Made by a program: the position numbers and the translations under genes. A stretch of 64,000 nt of DNA from a virus. Its lineage: Duplodnaviria > Caudoviricetes. The stretch covers positions 89,448-153,447 of the IMG/VR virus record IMGVR_UViG_3300020037_009644. One strand, given 5' to 3'. Shown piece by piece: positions 10,426 to 20,500 of this stretch. A model generated the notes under the pieces. That model made no database searches. It was not told the DNA's origin and saw only the letters and a program-made list of their open reading frames with translations. Position 1 is the first letter of the stretch; each line of letters opens with the position of its first letter.

Positions 10426-12125
10426 TGTTGAATTGATAATCCGTTAACAAAGAAAATGGATGGGTTGCGATAGTAAAGATCGGCGAAGGTAAAAATTTCG
10501 GAGATCTTTTTTTCGAGAGTAGAAATGGCGTCCAAAATTGGAACAGCAGCCTCCCCTATAGTAATGCGATTTTGTACCTCTGGAACGTCCTTAAATGTTG
10601 GATTATAAGAGACCATTCTAACAAAGCTTTCTTGATCCAAAAAAGATATAAGGGTATCTAGATTTAATCCCCAAATTGCCGAGTAGATAGCAAGAACATC
10701 CACCAATCCGAGACCAGAAACCTCTCCTTTAATTTGTTCAATTGTTTTTAGCGCATTGAGACCATCGTTGACCAATTTATTTTTTTTGTTGGTCAGCTCG
10801 GAAATTTGTTCGATCAACGTTGTGTTTTTTTCGGAAAAATTGTTTTGAGCAAACGGGGAGGCAAAGGATCCGAGAGATTGGAAATCTTGAATTTGACGAT
10901 CGGCATTGAGTTTTTTGATTTTGAGCTCGGCAATTTGGGTATCCAGGGTGCTTGAAGAAGTTTTAAACCCAGCCCGACAAGAGCCTCCCAGGGATCCGGT
11001 GATTGGTCCGTCTGGTCCAAAGTTTGGAATGAAGTTTATTTGACTTTTAACATAATCGACTGTTGAACAAGCAACATTTAATTGTTTGATGCAAATTTTG
11101 ATACTTCGAAGAAGTTTGGAAAGATTGGTCACCTGCACAGATGTTATCTTAGAAACCATATCTTGAACCGAAGAAGAGATCCCCTGAGAATCTGAGTTAA
11201 CGCTAATCAAAGCGACCAGGGCGGTAATATCTCCATCAGAGGTAGCTAAGTTTTGAGGACTTTGCTCGAGTGTATTAGAAACAGATTTTAGAAAGTTGAC
11301 GTCGGGAGTCGTATCCATCAAACGTTGTCTGATAATAAGCTCAATCCCGGGTCGTAGAAGAGTTACGCTATTACTAATTTTGCAAGCCTTGCCGTCCTTA
11401 AGAAAAGGAATGCAGACCTTGAAAGAGTCGGGGGTTACCGTATTATCCAAACGGTAATCAACCATGAGAGGCTTGATTAGGTGTTGGACCGTCTTAAAAT
11501 CCTCGCCTGCCTTTTTAATGTCGGCTGCGTTGTTCGGATTATTATCTGAAAGATTTCTAGCCTGTTCGACTCGATCGTTTACAGAAAAGCTTTGCAGATC
11601 GGTCTCTTCTGGAGCGAGATCGTCTGTCAACATTTTAAATGGTGGAACGTTGCGAAGAAATAATCCGTAAAGAGAAGATGAGAGATCTTGTTTGCTGAAA
11701 ACCTGGGATGTCTCCCTTACTCTTCTTTCACGAAGGGTCATGGCGTTTTGAAGATCCTTAAGAGACGTCGTGATCGAGTTGGCAATTTGAAACCTAGACT
11801 GACCATTAGAAACAGGAAATCCGGGGTTGTAAAAACCGTTTGCTCCAACGACAGGCAAACCAATCATTCGATAAAAGGCGTGGCATCTGCTCTCCATTGA
11901 TTTATTGGTCACCTCAATATTTTTGAAATCAGAGACCAAAGAAGATTCTGCCGTCGAGTTATTATTTCCAGATGGCGTTGATAAGACAGGTGCAGCCTTG
12001 GATCGAAGAGCATCAATAGGAGTTACATATGTTTGAAAGAGTTCATCGATCGAATGCTCGAGATCTTGAAGCTCATCGTTGGGATCGATTGATGAAAGAT
12101 TGGGAAGAAGAACGGAATCAACCAC
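10422..12125 (-). CDS. Hypothetical baseplate-associated protein, helical/coiled-coil (567 aa)
   Basis: Long ORF, overlaps the gp25-like start by 4 nt; no recognised motif. Confidence 0.6.
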   Translation of the reverse strand: MVDSVLLPNLSSIDPNDELQDLEHSIDELFQTYVTPIDALRSKAAPVLSTPSGNNNSTAESSLVSDFKNIEVTNKSMESRCHAFYRMIGLPVVGANGFYNPGFPVSNGQSRFQIANSITTSLKDLQNAMTLRERRVRETSQVFSKQDLSSSLYGLFLRNVPPFKMLTDDLAPEETDLQSFSVNDRVEQARNLSDNNPNNAADIKKAGEDFKTVQHLIKPLMVDYRLDNTVTPDSFKVCIPFLKDGKACKISNSVTLLRPGIELIIRQRLMDTTPDVNFLKSVSNTLEQSPQNLATSDGDITALVALISVNSDSQGISSSVQDMVSKITSVQVTNLSKLLRSIKICIKQLNVACSTVDYVKSQINFIPNFGPDGPITGSLGGSCRAGFKTSSSTLDTQIAELKIKKLNADRQIQDFQSLGSFASPFAQNNFSEKNTTLIEQISELTNKKNKLVNDGLNALKTIEQIKGEVSGLGLVDVLAIYSAIWGLNLDTLISFLDQESFVRMVSYNPTFKDVPEVQNRITIGEAAVPILDAISTLEKKISEIFTFADLYYRNPSIFFVNGLSIQQ

Positions 12126-12131
12126 CTGTTA

Positions 12132-14276
12132 TCATGCCTTTCCGGATAGAGCAACGTCGGTTGCATCTCGGCGAACCGGTGAATTGGTGAGCGAAGCAAC
12201 GAAGGAGTAAGGAAGAGATTGTTCGGTAATTGAGGGGGTGGGGTTGGTTGCCGAGCTAGGGGAGTAGACACTAAGAATGTTGTTATCGTAGGATACGGTA
12301 ACAGATCCCCCTCCAAGATTGTCGGAGTTTATCAAGGCTACGAAATATTGCGAGCCATCATAGGTAAATTTTGAAACTGTTCCGAAAGAAACGTCGGCGG
12401 AAAGTTTATTTTCAAGCAAGGGTATACACGCCGAAGTCAATCCGATTCCGAGGCTGGTTCCGGTGGCATCCTTGAGATCGACGATGATTTTGATCGGGAG
12501 AGTGGTAAACTGAAGGTTAGGAGAGAGGGTAAATGTCGTCTTGAATTTGCTGACCGAGGCAAGAAGGACCGAGCAGAGCGTGCTGTTCGTTTGATTCTGA
12601 AGATCGGTGAGGCAAGTCGTAACTTGGGCTGTAAAATCAGCAGCCCCTTCGGTCGAGACGTTGGTTCTGAACGAGGCGAGAGCTGAGTTAAGACAAGACA
12701 ATGTCCCAGAAATGTTAGGAAGAACTCCGGTGCTCGGAACGGCTTGTCCGGCGGGTGTTGCTGGAATTTTTCCGGACACTGCCTCGATTCCTTCGGTCGT
12801 CAACATCGAATTGAGCGTAGCTTTCTCGATTGAAACCTCGGGAACACAACCCACGGTCGTCAGATTCAGACCAGCTAATGCAGGGACGTTTGGCTTCCAG
12901 TTTAGCTCGACGGTTGAGAAATCAATTGAGTCGTCGGAAATCGGAATGGTCGTTCCCGAAGATCCGTCTTGATGAATAAAGGTATTCAGGGTCGCCTGGC
13001 TACCGTTGGCAAGAAGGAACGGGGTTACTCCGTCATCTTCGTAAACAAGACCTCCTTCGATACAGAGGGTTCCAGAGGTAGCCAAGGAATCGTCGAGCTC
13101 GCCATCGAAATCAAGAACTCCAACGTAGGGCTTTGCAACGACAATGCAATTCAAAATTCGGAAATATCTTTGATTGTCCAATGGAGAGTACCCGCTCGGT
13201 TCGAGCCCAAAATCTTCGAGATTGAGAAAAATTCTAATATCTGCCGAGTAAGGAGCTTGTTTGAGCGGGGTATCTTTAGAGTAGGTCGTTTCGTCCGGAT
13301 AAAAGATGTTGAACTGAGGCGGGAGCGGGGTAATAATATCGGAAATTTTGTATTCCGCGTTGTTAATCGTGTCCCAGACCTGCCAGGTTTCGCGACGAAT
13401 CGGTGGAATTGAGAAAGCAGCCGCAATCTCGGGAGGAAGACCAAGGGCGGAAGCGGAATCAAATCCTATTTGTTTGAAATATCGGAGGTTAGCTCTCGGT
13501 GCGGAGATTCCATTGGGGGTGTTCTTGAGAAATGAAGGGCAGACGGAAGGGTCGCAACAGCCGTCTTCGTCAGAGTCGGAACAAAAGAGAAATCCGGCAA
13601 GATTGGCTAGAGATTCGATAATAGCCATCACAGATGCCAAAGAAATAAACATTGCAAAAATTGACTGCATAGTGCATAAAAGCTCTGCAATTTTGTTAAT
13701 GGCGGATTCTAATGATGTAGCATCATTGAGCTGCAACCCATTTTGCATTACCTCAATGTTATGAATGATTTGTTCAATGAGACCGAAAATTTCGTCGATG
13801 ATATAAGTGATCAAAGCGAGAATGAGAATGAGAAGTGAGATGATAAGACGTGGAAGAAGAAAAACGGGAAATATTGAGAGAAGATCTGGTAAACACTGAC
13901 TGAAGAGGACAATTAGTTTTTCGGCGACGAGGAAAGGCGAAGGGATAGCGCACAAAATATCAATAATGCACTTAAACATTTTGAGCACGGCTGTGAACAA
14001 ATTGTACAAACTCAAATAAGGAGCCAACTGAGACAACAAATTACTCAATGCGTCATAAATTGTATGCATCGACGAGTCCGGAAATGGCTTAAACGTTCCA
14101 GACGGCAAAAACGCCCCGAGCTGACTAACATAAGACGTTAGATCATCAAGAAACGGAGGAATTTCAAATTGTGGGCTAGCATTAACCGGCGCAACTGGAA
14201 TCCCAAAGCCAGGCACGCTGGGTAGCGGTGGCGGATTCTGTTGAGTTATCGAGTTATCATTGGCAGAACAAACCAT
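12132..14276 (-). CDS. Virion protein with hydrophobic helical, Cys-rich N-terminal third (714 aa)
   Basis: 'FPVFLLPRLIISLLILILALITYIIDEIFGLI' and other hydrophobic helices; lies in the baseplate module. Confidence 0.55.
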   Translation of the reverse strand: MVCSANDNSITQQNPPPLPSVPGFGIPVAPVNASPQFEIPPFLDDLTSYVSQLGAFLPSGTFKPFPDSSMHTIYDALSNLLSQLAPYLSLYNLFTAVLKMFKCIIDILCAIPSPFLVAEKLIVLFSQCLPDLLSIFPVFLLPRLIISLLILILALITYIIDEIFGLIEQIIHNIEVMQNGLQLNDATSLESAINKIAELLCTMQSIFAMFISLASVMAIIESLANLAGFLFCSDSDEDGCCDPSVCPSFLKNTPNGISAPRANLRYFKQIGFDSASALGLPPEIAAAFSIPPIRRETWQVWDTINNAEYKISDIITPLPPQFNIFYPDETTYSKDTPLKQAPYSADIRIFLNLEDFGLEPSGYSPLDNQRYFRILNCIVVAKPYVGVLDFDGELDDSLATSGTLCIEGGLVYEDDGVTPFLLANGSQATLNTFIHQDGSSGTTIPISDDSIDFSTVELNWKPNVPALAGLNLTTVGCVPEVSIEKATLNSMLTTEGIEAVSGKIPATPAGQAVPSTGVLPNISGTLSCLNSALASFRTNVSTEGAADFTAQVTTCLTDLQNQTNSTLCSVLLASVSKFKTTFTLSPNLQFTTLPIKIIVDLKDATGTSLGIGLTSACIPLLENKLSADVSFGTVSKFTYDGSQYFVALINSDNLGGGSVTVSYDNNILSVYSPSSATNPTPSITEQSLPYSFVASLTNSPVRRDATDVALSGKA

Positions 14277-15136
14277 TATCCATTTTCTTTCTTAGGTCTT
14301 CTATTTCCTTCTATAACATTTTGCTTAGCATCTAGTGGTCGTAAGTTTGATAGAGCCCAACATTTTTTGAAATCATCACACTCCATAGAAGTGATATTAA
14401 AATGTGACACAGGAATAATATGATCAATCTGCCAAGTTGGTTTTTCAGCATGATGAGACTTGCTATATCTTCCCCAATTTTTCCAAGTCATCCATAGTTC
14501 AAATTGTGATTCAAGATGTTCTTTTAATTCTTCAATTGAATAATCCACATATTTAGTAAAAGATTTACCGCCTTTTTTAATTTCGTGTCTAATTAAAACT
14601 CCAACATCATGACGAAGTTTAAAAATAGGATCATTTTCTCTTTTATTCTTTAATCTAACACGTTGTTTTTCAAGATTTTCAGGTTTACTTCTATATTTTT
14701 TATTTCTAGCTAATATTTCTTCTTTATTACCTTCGTATCTTTTTTTATCGTAGGCTTTAAATCTTTCAGGATCTTTTTTTCTATTATCTCTTTTAGATTT
14801 TTGAAAACAAATTTTGCAATGTGGAAGTAATCGAGATTTATTTCCACTACCAAATTCGCAAAGTAGTTTGACATCTCCACATGTCTTACATTTTTTCTTA
14901 CCATCAAACTCTTGACCTGTACACAATTTACATTTGTTCTTATATATTTTCAATTGGCTGTTAAGAAATGCAAAATTTGAAATTTCTTTTTCAAATTTGC
15001 AGCCTTTACAAATTTTCTTTCCGGTGAATGAATCTTTATCAATGCATTCAATACACTTTCTATATCTCTCGTGAAAACAAGAAATATTTTTCTTTTTAGA
15101 ACACTCGGTGCATTTTTTTAAACTCTTATCTTTCAT
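14276..15136 (-). CDS. HNH homing endonuclease with repeated CxxC zinc-finger motifs (286 aa)
   Basis: Six CxxC pairs; C-terminal 'WQIDHIIPVS...CWALSNLRPLDAKQN'; AT-rich DNA unlike flanks. Confidence 0.8.
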   Translation of the reverse strand: MKDKSLKKCTECSKKKNISCFHERYRKCIECIDKDSFTGKKICKGCKFEKEISNFAFLNSQLKIYKNKCKLCTGQEFDGKKKCKTCGDVKLLCEFGSGNKSRLLPHCKICFQKSKRDNRKKDPERFKAYDKKRYEGNKEEILARNKKYRSKPENLEKQRVRLKNKRENDPIFKLRHDVGVLIRHEIKKGGKSFTKYVDYSIEELKEHLESQFELWMTWKNWGRYSKSHHAEKPTWQIDHIIPVSHFNITSMECDDFKKCWALSNLRPLDAKQNVIEGNRRPKKENG

Positions 15137-15537
15137 TCAATTTCTCCAGACAGGAAATCTCTATTCTTAATTTGTTCAGAAATGTAATCTTTGATATCAG
15201 ATCTTATTTCTGGTTTCAGCTTCATAATTTCTTCCCATTTGGTCATAGAGAGATCATCTGGAAGTTTTATTCCTACATTTTTATCTTCGTGAATATACTC
15301 AGTTATTTTAACCCCAGCAACGATAGATTCTTTGGTAAAAGAATATGTTTTTTGATAATTCCACAAACCAGCAAAAAATGGTTTTACTTTTTTATTTTCC
15401 ATATACGATTGTTTTCTTATCCCAAGGTTTTTAAGAGCCTCTGTTTTTCTAGGCGTTGGATCCAAACCGTCTAATTTCTGAAATGGATCCTGAATGCTTA
15501 ATCTTTTTCCGTCTTTATCAAATGCGATTGTAATCAT
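15133..15537 (-). CDS. Hypothetical protein (134 aa), coupled to the HNH gene
   Basis: AAGG upstream, ATGA overlap with HNH gene, AT-rich. Confidence 0.6.
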   Translation of the reverse strand: MITIAFDKDGKRLSIQDPFQKLDGLDPTPRKTEALKNLGIRKQSYMENKKVKPFFAGLWNYQKTYSFTKESIVAGVKITEYIHEDKNVGIKLPDDLSMTKWEEIMKLKPEIRSDIKDYISEQIKNRDFLSGEIE

Positions 15538-15551
15538 GATTTTTACCTTAG

Positions 15552-17573
15552 CTAGAATGTTTTGCCGGCTGGATATCTTGCAACTGATCTATCAGCGGTT
15601 CCTGGATAAAAAGTAACTTTTTCTCCATCTATGAAAACAGAACTATTGCTCTTTAAAATAATATCTTGCTGAGCGTCGAGAGTGATCCCTCCAGGAGATA
15701 TCAAAAACAACCCCTCGGGACCGAAGCGCAAAATTCCGAGCTGTCCGTTTATATTGATTCTCATTTCGAAAGTTCCATTACGCCATCCAGAATTTTGATC
15801 CGAAAACCTAGAATCCTGACTGCTTGGCAACCCAACTCCGCCAACTTCGATCAGAACATCTCCGTCCATCTGGGCGGCGTAAGAAATTCCCTGTTTGTCT
15901 CGACCATAGCGAGCCACTACCCCTCCGGCACAGTCAACCCATAGAGACTGACGATCGATGGTATTCGCGCCGAAATTAAGAGAGACCATTCCGTCAAAAT
16001 TCAAGGTTGCCGATCTTCCTCCGGCGTTAGCGTCTGGACCGTTGACGATGATAGTGTCCGAGACAATTTTGGGAAGAGGTTTGTAGATCGAATTAAGCCT
16101 GCTGGTCTGGTCGAAGTTTACCAGCTTTAATCCCGCCTGAATATAGTTTGCCGACTCTTGAAATTCTTGACAGGTCTTTGAGATGTCGTGGTAAGCCGTC
16201 CCGAGTCTGATCAGAGAGTCGGAGAATCTGTCAACCGGACTAGCATATCCATCGAGGTCCTGATCCGAGCCGGCAAGCTTGACGACCGGATAAGAAGAGA
16301 AGTTTCCAAGGTAAATATCTTTAGAGTCATTTGGTTTTACAAGAGAGTTAGGATTTATCGAAGAATCTTCCTTGCTTTTGAGAACAGAATAGTTCTCGTA
16401 CCTCGTTAGTAGCGCGATGTTCCCTGTCTCGGAGCTGGCTGGAAAGTTGGCTTTGATCTGACTTTCTTTATCAATATCAACGAAGAAGCGGCTGCTATTC
16501 TTTCCGTAATTAACATTTTGGGTTATGTCTGGAGTAGAAAGGTCGCTATTTTCGAAGGGTTTTCGAGAGTTAATTTCCCAATGATAAGCGAGACTTTTTC
16601 GAAATTGCTCGGTAATATTTTGATAAGCGACAGATTTGTTGACCGAATCTTTGAGAGAAATTTCCGATATCTTCCCAATAGGAAGTGGATTTCTATTTAA
16701 ATCCAGGATGTTTCCGAAAACGTCGGTCCCTGTACCACGAATTGTCTCCATTAAATGATTGGGGAATTCAGGAGAAAGAGAAAAGGCATCCGTGCGATTT
16801 TCTCGACGAGAGTTTCGAAGAACCGATGGAAGAAGAGCCGGGTCTCCATATCTAGAGGACTCTTCTGAATATGAGGAGACCTGGTAGCTGGGATCGAATT
16901 CGTAGACAATTTCTTTGGACTCGACGAGAGCCGGATTTCTGATCGCTCCACCAATTGTCTCTTGAGAAACGGCGACCGTGGGATCTAAACCGATTTTGAA
17001 AAGGCTGTCTTCGTATCGATGTTCTTCCAAAAATGACGAATTGCTCGCCGAGGCTGAAGAATTAGCCAGGTCTCTTTTAATTATCCCAGTAATTTTTCGG
17101 ATCGAAGAACTAAATTCCCATTGGTCAGAAAAATTGTTGGAAATAATCTCGCGGATTGGATCGGCATGGAGATAAACGTCGTCTTGTCCGACCTTGAATC
17201 CGATTTTTGGGTCGAGAAATAGATTATTCCCCCCTTTGACCTGGGCAAGAATTCTCCCCGGTTTCAAATTTCCGAAAACGGTCGAATCTGAGAAAATTTG
17301 GGGATTGGCTTTGTATCCCAGGATAAACCATTCTCCACCTTGACCCTGAGAAAGCTTAACCGAGGTTCCGACTCGAGGATAACCGCCGAGGAACTCACCG
17401 TCTGTTCCGATCCACGGAGCTGGAATCGGGATGGTGAATTTTTGACGTGGTTGAGAAAGAGAAACTTCGTCGAGACCTACTTCGACAGTTCCTTGGGTTG
17501 GATTGACCTTGAGAATCGTCCCGACCCGATGATTTCCAAACGGAGAACCAAGCCTTGCGTCAAGAGGTGGCAT
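15552..17573 (-). CDS. Baseplate spike (gp5/gpV/VgrG-like) (673 aa)
   Basis: N-terminal OB-fold-like 'VGTILKVNPTQGTVEV...GGYPRVGTSV'; beta-rich C-terminus 'LISPGGITLDAQQDIILKSNSSVFIDGEKV'; GGAGG SD; follows hub. Confidence 0.7.
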   Translation of the reverse strand: MPPLDARLGSPFGNHRVGTILKVNPTQGTVEVGLDEVSLSQPRQKFTIPIPAPWIGTDGEFLGGYPRVGTSVKLSQGQGGEWFILGYKANPQIFSDSTVFGNLKPGRILAQVKGGNNLFLDPKIGFKVGQDDVYLHADPIREIISNNFSDQWEFSSSIRKITGIIKRDLANSSASASNSSFLEEHRYEDSLFKIGLDPTVAVSQETIGGAIRNPALVESKEIVYEFDPSYQVSSYSEESSRYGDPALLPSVLRNSRRENRTDAFSLSPEFPNHLMETIRGTGTDVFGNILDLNRNPLPIGKISEISLKDSVNKSVAYQNITEQFRKSLAYHWEINSRKPFENSDLSTPDITQNVNYGKNSSRFFVDIDKESQIKANFPASSETGNIALLTRYENYSVLKSKEDSSINPNSLVKPNDSKDIYLGNFSSYPVVKLAGSDQDLDGYASPVDRFSDSLIRLGTAYHDISKTCQEFQESANYIQAGLKLVNFDQTSRLNSIYKPLPKIVSDTIIVNGPDANAGGRSATLNFDGMVSLNFGANTIDRQSLWVDCAGGVVARYGRDKQGISYAAQMDGDVLIEVGGVGLPSSQDSRFSDQNSGWRNGTFEMRININGQLGILRFGPEGLFLISPGGITLDAQQDIILKSNSSVFIDGEKVTFYPGTADRSVARYPAGKTF

Positions 17574-20500
17574 TGATTGCCTCCGAGAAGTTCTTGAGAT
17601 ATTTTTCTCTCATCATTTGGTCTGCCTGGTCCTTGGGATCGGTTGATTGGTCGAAAGAATCGAGCGTCTCGGTTGGGGGATCCGAGAAAACAGCCCAAAC
17701 GTCGATTACCTTGTAAAATAGATTATCTCTCTCTGCTTGGCTTAGTCCTTCGGGGTTAACTATATCCGAACCCTGAGAGATTGTTGCCGAAGTAGAATTA
17801 ATCGCCAAAGATCTTGCTATCGACCAAGCTTGAGAAGATGGAGATTCCGAAGACGTCGCGAGATCGATCTCGACAATTTGGACCTGAGTCGCATCGATTG
17901 GAACGTTGTTTTGATTATCGGAAATGACAGATGGAGAATTAGAAGAAAGAGAAAACTTCGAAGGGTTAGCGAGCCATGATTGAATCGAAGCAGCAAATTT
18001 GGAGAGGGTTAAATCCGGAGCGTCGAACCCTAGATCGGAATTGTAATAAAGACGGATCTCGATGGACAGGGAATTGGTATCCCGGGTTGGGGTCAATAAT
18101 CCTGAGGTTGAAAGGGCAAGAGTTGCAAGGTTTTGTCGATTCTGAGTCCCGAAAGAATTGGAAACTAGCTGGGTCATTTGATCTTGCTCACCCAAGTTGT
18201 CGTCATCAACATTCCCGGTTTCGGTATTGTCAGAAACGATGACCGTTATCGGAATGTTTCCGCTGGGATCGTCGTTACGAACGTGCTTGATCAAGTCTGC
18301 TTGGTTTCTATTGGTGTACAAACCTTTTCCGATAATATCCAATGGGGTTGGGATAAATTGACCGGGCTTGTGCGCGAAGGTTAGGTTGATCGATGAGGTA
18401 AAAGATTGACCGTAGGTAAAGGACGTCAACACCGACTCGTTGTACATTAAAAGATCTCGATCAACTATATAAGAAACCTCGCCAGCCTGAAGATATTCAT
18501 TGCCGCGGGAGGTCAAAGATCCGGTGAAAATCTTTTTCCTTGCCTGGTTAAGAAGCCAGACGGCGTAGGGTCCACACTGGGATTCGGGATCCGAGAGGAG
18601 AGGCATAGAGATGGCGTTATGACCCCGGAACCCATACTGTCGCCACATGTCGTAGTCGACGGCTAGGGCTGAAGAAACAAAGTTTCCAGATTGTCCAATT
18701 TCCAAACCGCTGGCACCTTGGACCAAATTGTTAGATATCGATCCGTTAACTTCAGCAACAGTCCAGTCAGGACCTTTTTCGGAAAGGGAGAAAGAAATAA
18801 TGTCAACATCTTTGATGATATATCTTTTACCAGATCCTTCGCCCAGGTCATCGATAGACTCATCCTCGATCATGTGCTCGAGAATTTGGGGAAGAGCGAC
18901 GTCCTTGTTGATCGAAGAGAGAAGAGATCCTTTGGCTGGATCAATGTCGGCGTTGACCTGAATTCCTTGATTGAGGTTTTTTAACGCCCCTGATAAAAGT
19001 TTGATAACTCCCTGTCTCTCGGCAATGAGAGAGGCGAGTTGTTTGGTCAAAGAGAAGATGTCTATTTGAGAAATTCCTCGTCCGATCGCCGATTTATTGT
19101 TGGGAAGAAGATCGGCAAATGTCGGTACGGAAATGTTTTGATTTTTGAGACGGGTTGTTATTGTTTCAAATCTTAAGCTGAGAGAATCTCCGGAAACTGC
19201 TCCGAGATCGAAGGTGTCGACCGAATTTGTTACGGATACCCGCTTGACAATGTCGAAATTGATTTGAGAATTATTTGGATATTGAAGAGAAGATGATAGC
19301 TCGGAAAGCGCCTGTTGATTTATCTCTTGGGCAAAATCTGGTTCGGCTTGCATTAGAAGATTTCGAAGAGATTGTCCGCCAAGCTTACCATCATTTTCTG
19401 TTGTCAAGAAAATGAATCGGAGGGAGCTTGCCGAGACGTTGGGCATAGATGAGCCAGATAGAAGATCTGCGGAAGAAGAGTCGTCGATGGACCCGAGAGC
19501 TGTCGTCCGAAGACGTATTTGATCTTCGAGGACTTCGATCTTCGACGTTAGTCCTTGAACCTGATGATAGAAAAGGCTCTCGAGGTATTTGGGAAAAATT
19601 TGGACGCCCTGAACATTTTTCTTCTTGAGCATTTCGTACATGACCGAAGACGGGATTCGGTTGTACATCGGTGGTCTAGCGTTGATATGACCTTGTGAAT
19701 CGGCGAAGAGCTCGAGACCGAGAAGATCGGAAACCATTTTTGCCTGGTCTCCAATTTTGGTATAAGTGCTTTTAAATGTACTCAAAGCCCCAGCAATGCT
19801 CGATTCGAAAGCTTGAATGTCATAGTTTTTATCGTAGCTGTCGTCTACGATAAAGTAATTGATATCTTGGTTAGCTTTGACCTTAAAGAATCGACGCTGG
19901 GTCAGCTCGAAAATTTTCTTTCTAAAACTCTCTTGGGCTTTTCTCTGATCATTCTCGGTCAAAGCAGAATCTTGATCTGTCAAGGTTGGATCGTAGGTAA
20001 TGTCGTCTCCAACAATTCGGAGGGCTCCATCAGCCGTTCTGATGTTGGCTCGTTGAGATTCTTCCTGAAAAAAGTTTTGTTGTTGCTGAATTTGATAGTC
20101 GAGATCGATGATATCTTTGGCAAGGTTGGTAATAGAGTTCTTATCTAGCCCAGATAGAATCGAGGTGTCGACATTAATCTTACCGTTGACGTCGACCTTG
20201 TAGAATTGTGGATTGTTGGCGAGATCTGGGAAGATGGTCGTCAGTTGGTCGAACCTTTCAGAACGATCACTAAGAAGCTGAGAGATTTTTCTAGTTGCCG
20301 TGGTTATGTCGAACTCGCCGCTTCTCAAAAAATTGTAGGCTTCGTTGTTAATGATCATTTTCTTGAACGGAACGAAATTGCCCCAGACCGAGTTTGATTT
20401 TGAGATGTCGGAGATAAGACCTTTCAAAAATGACTCCGACCAGCTTTGATTGAAGAGCTCGTCACGGGTAATCATTCCGGAATTGACCGAACTTTTCATG

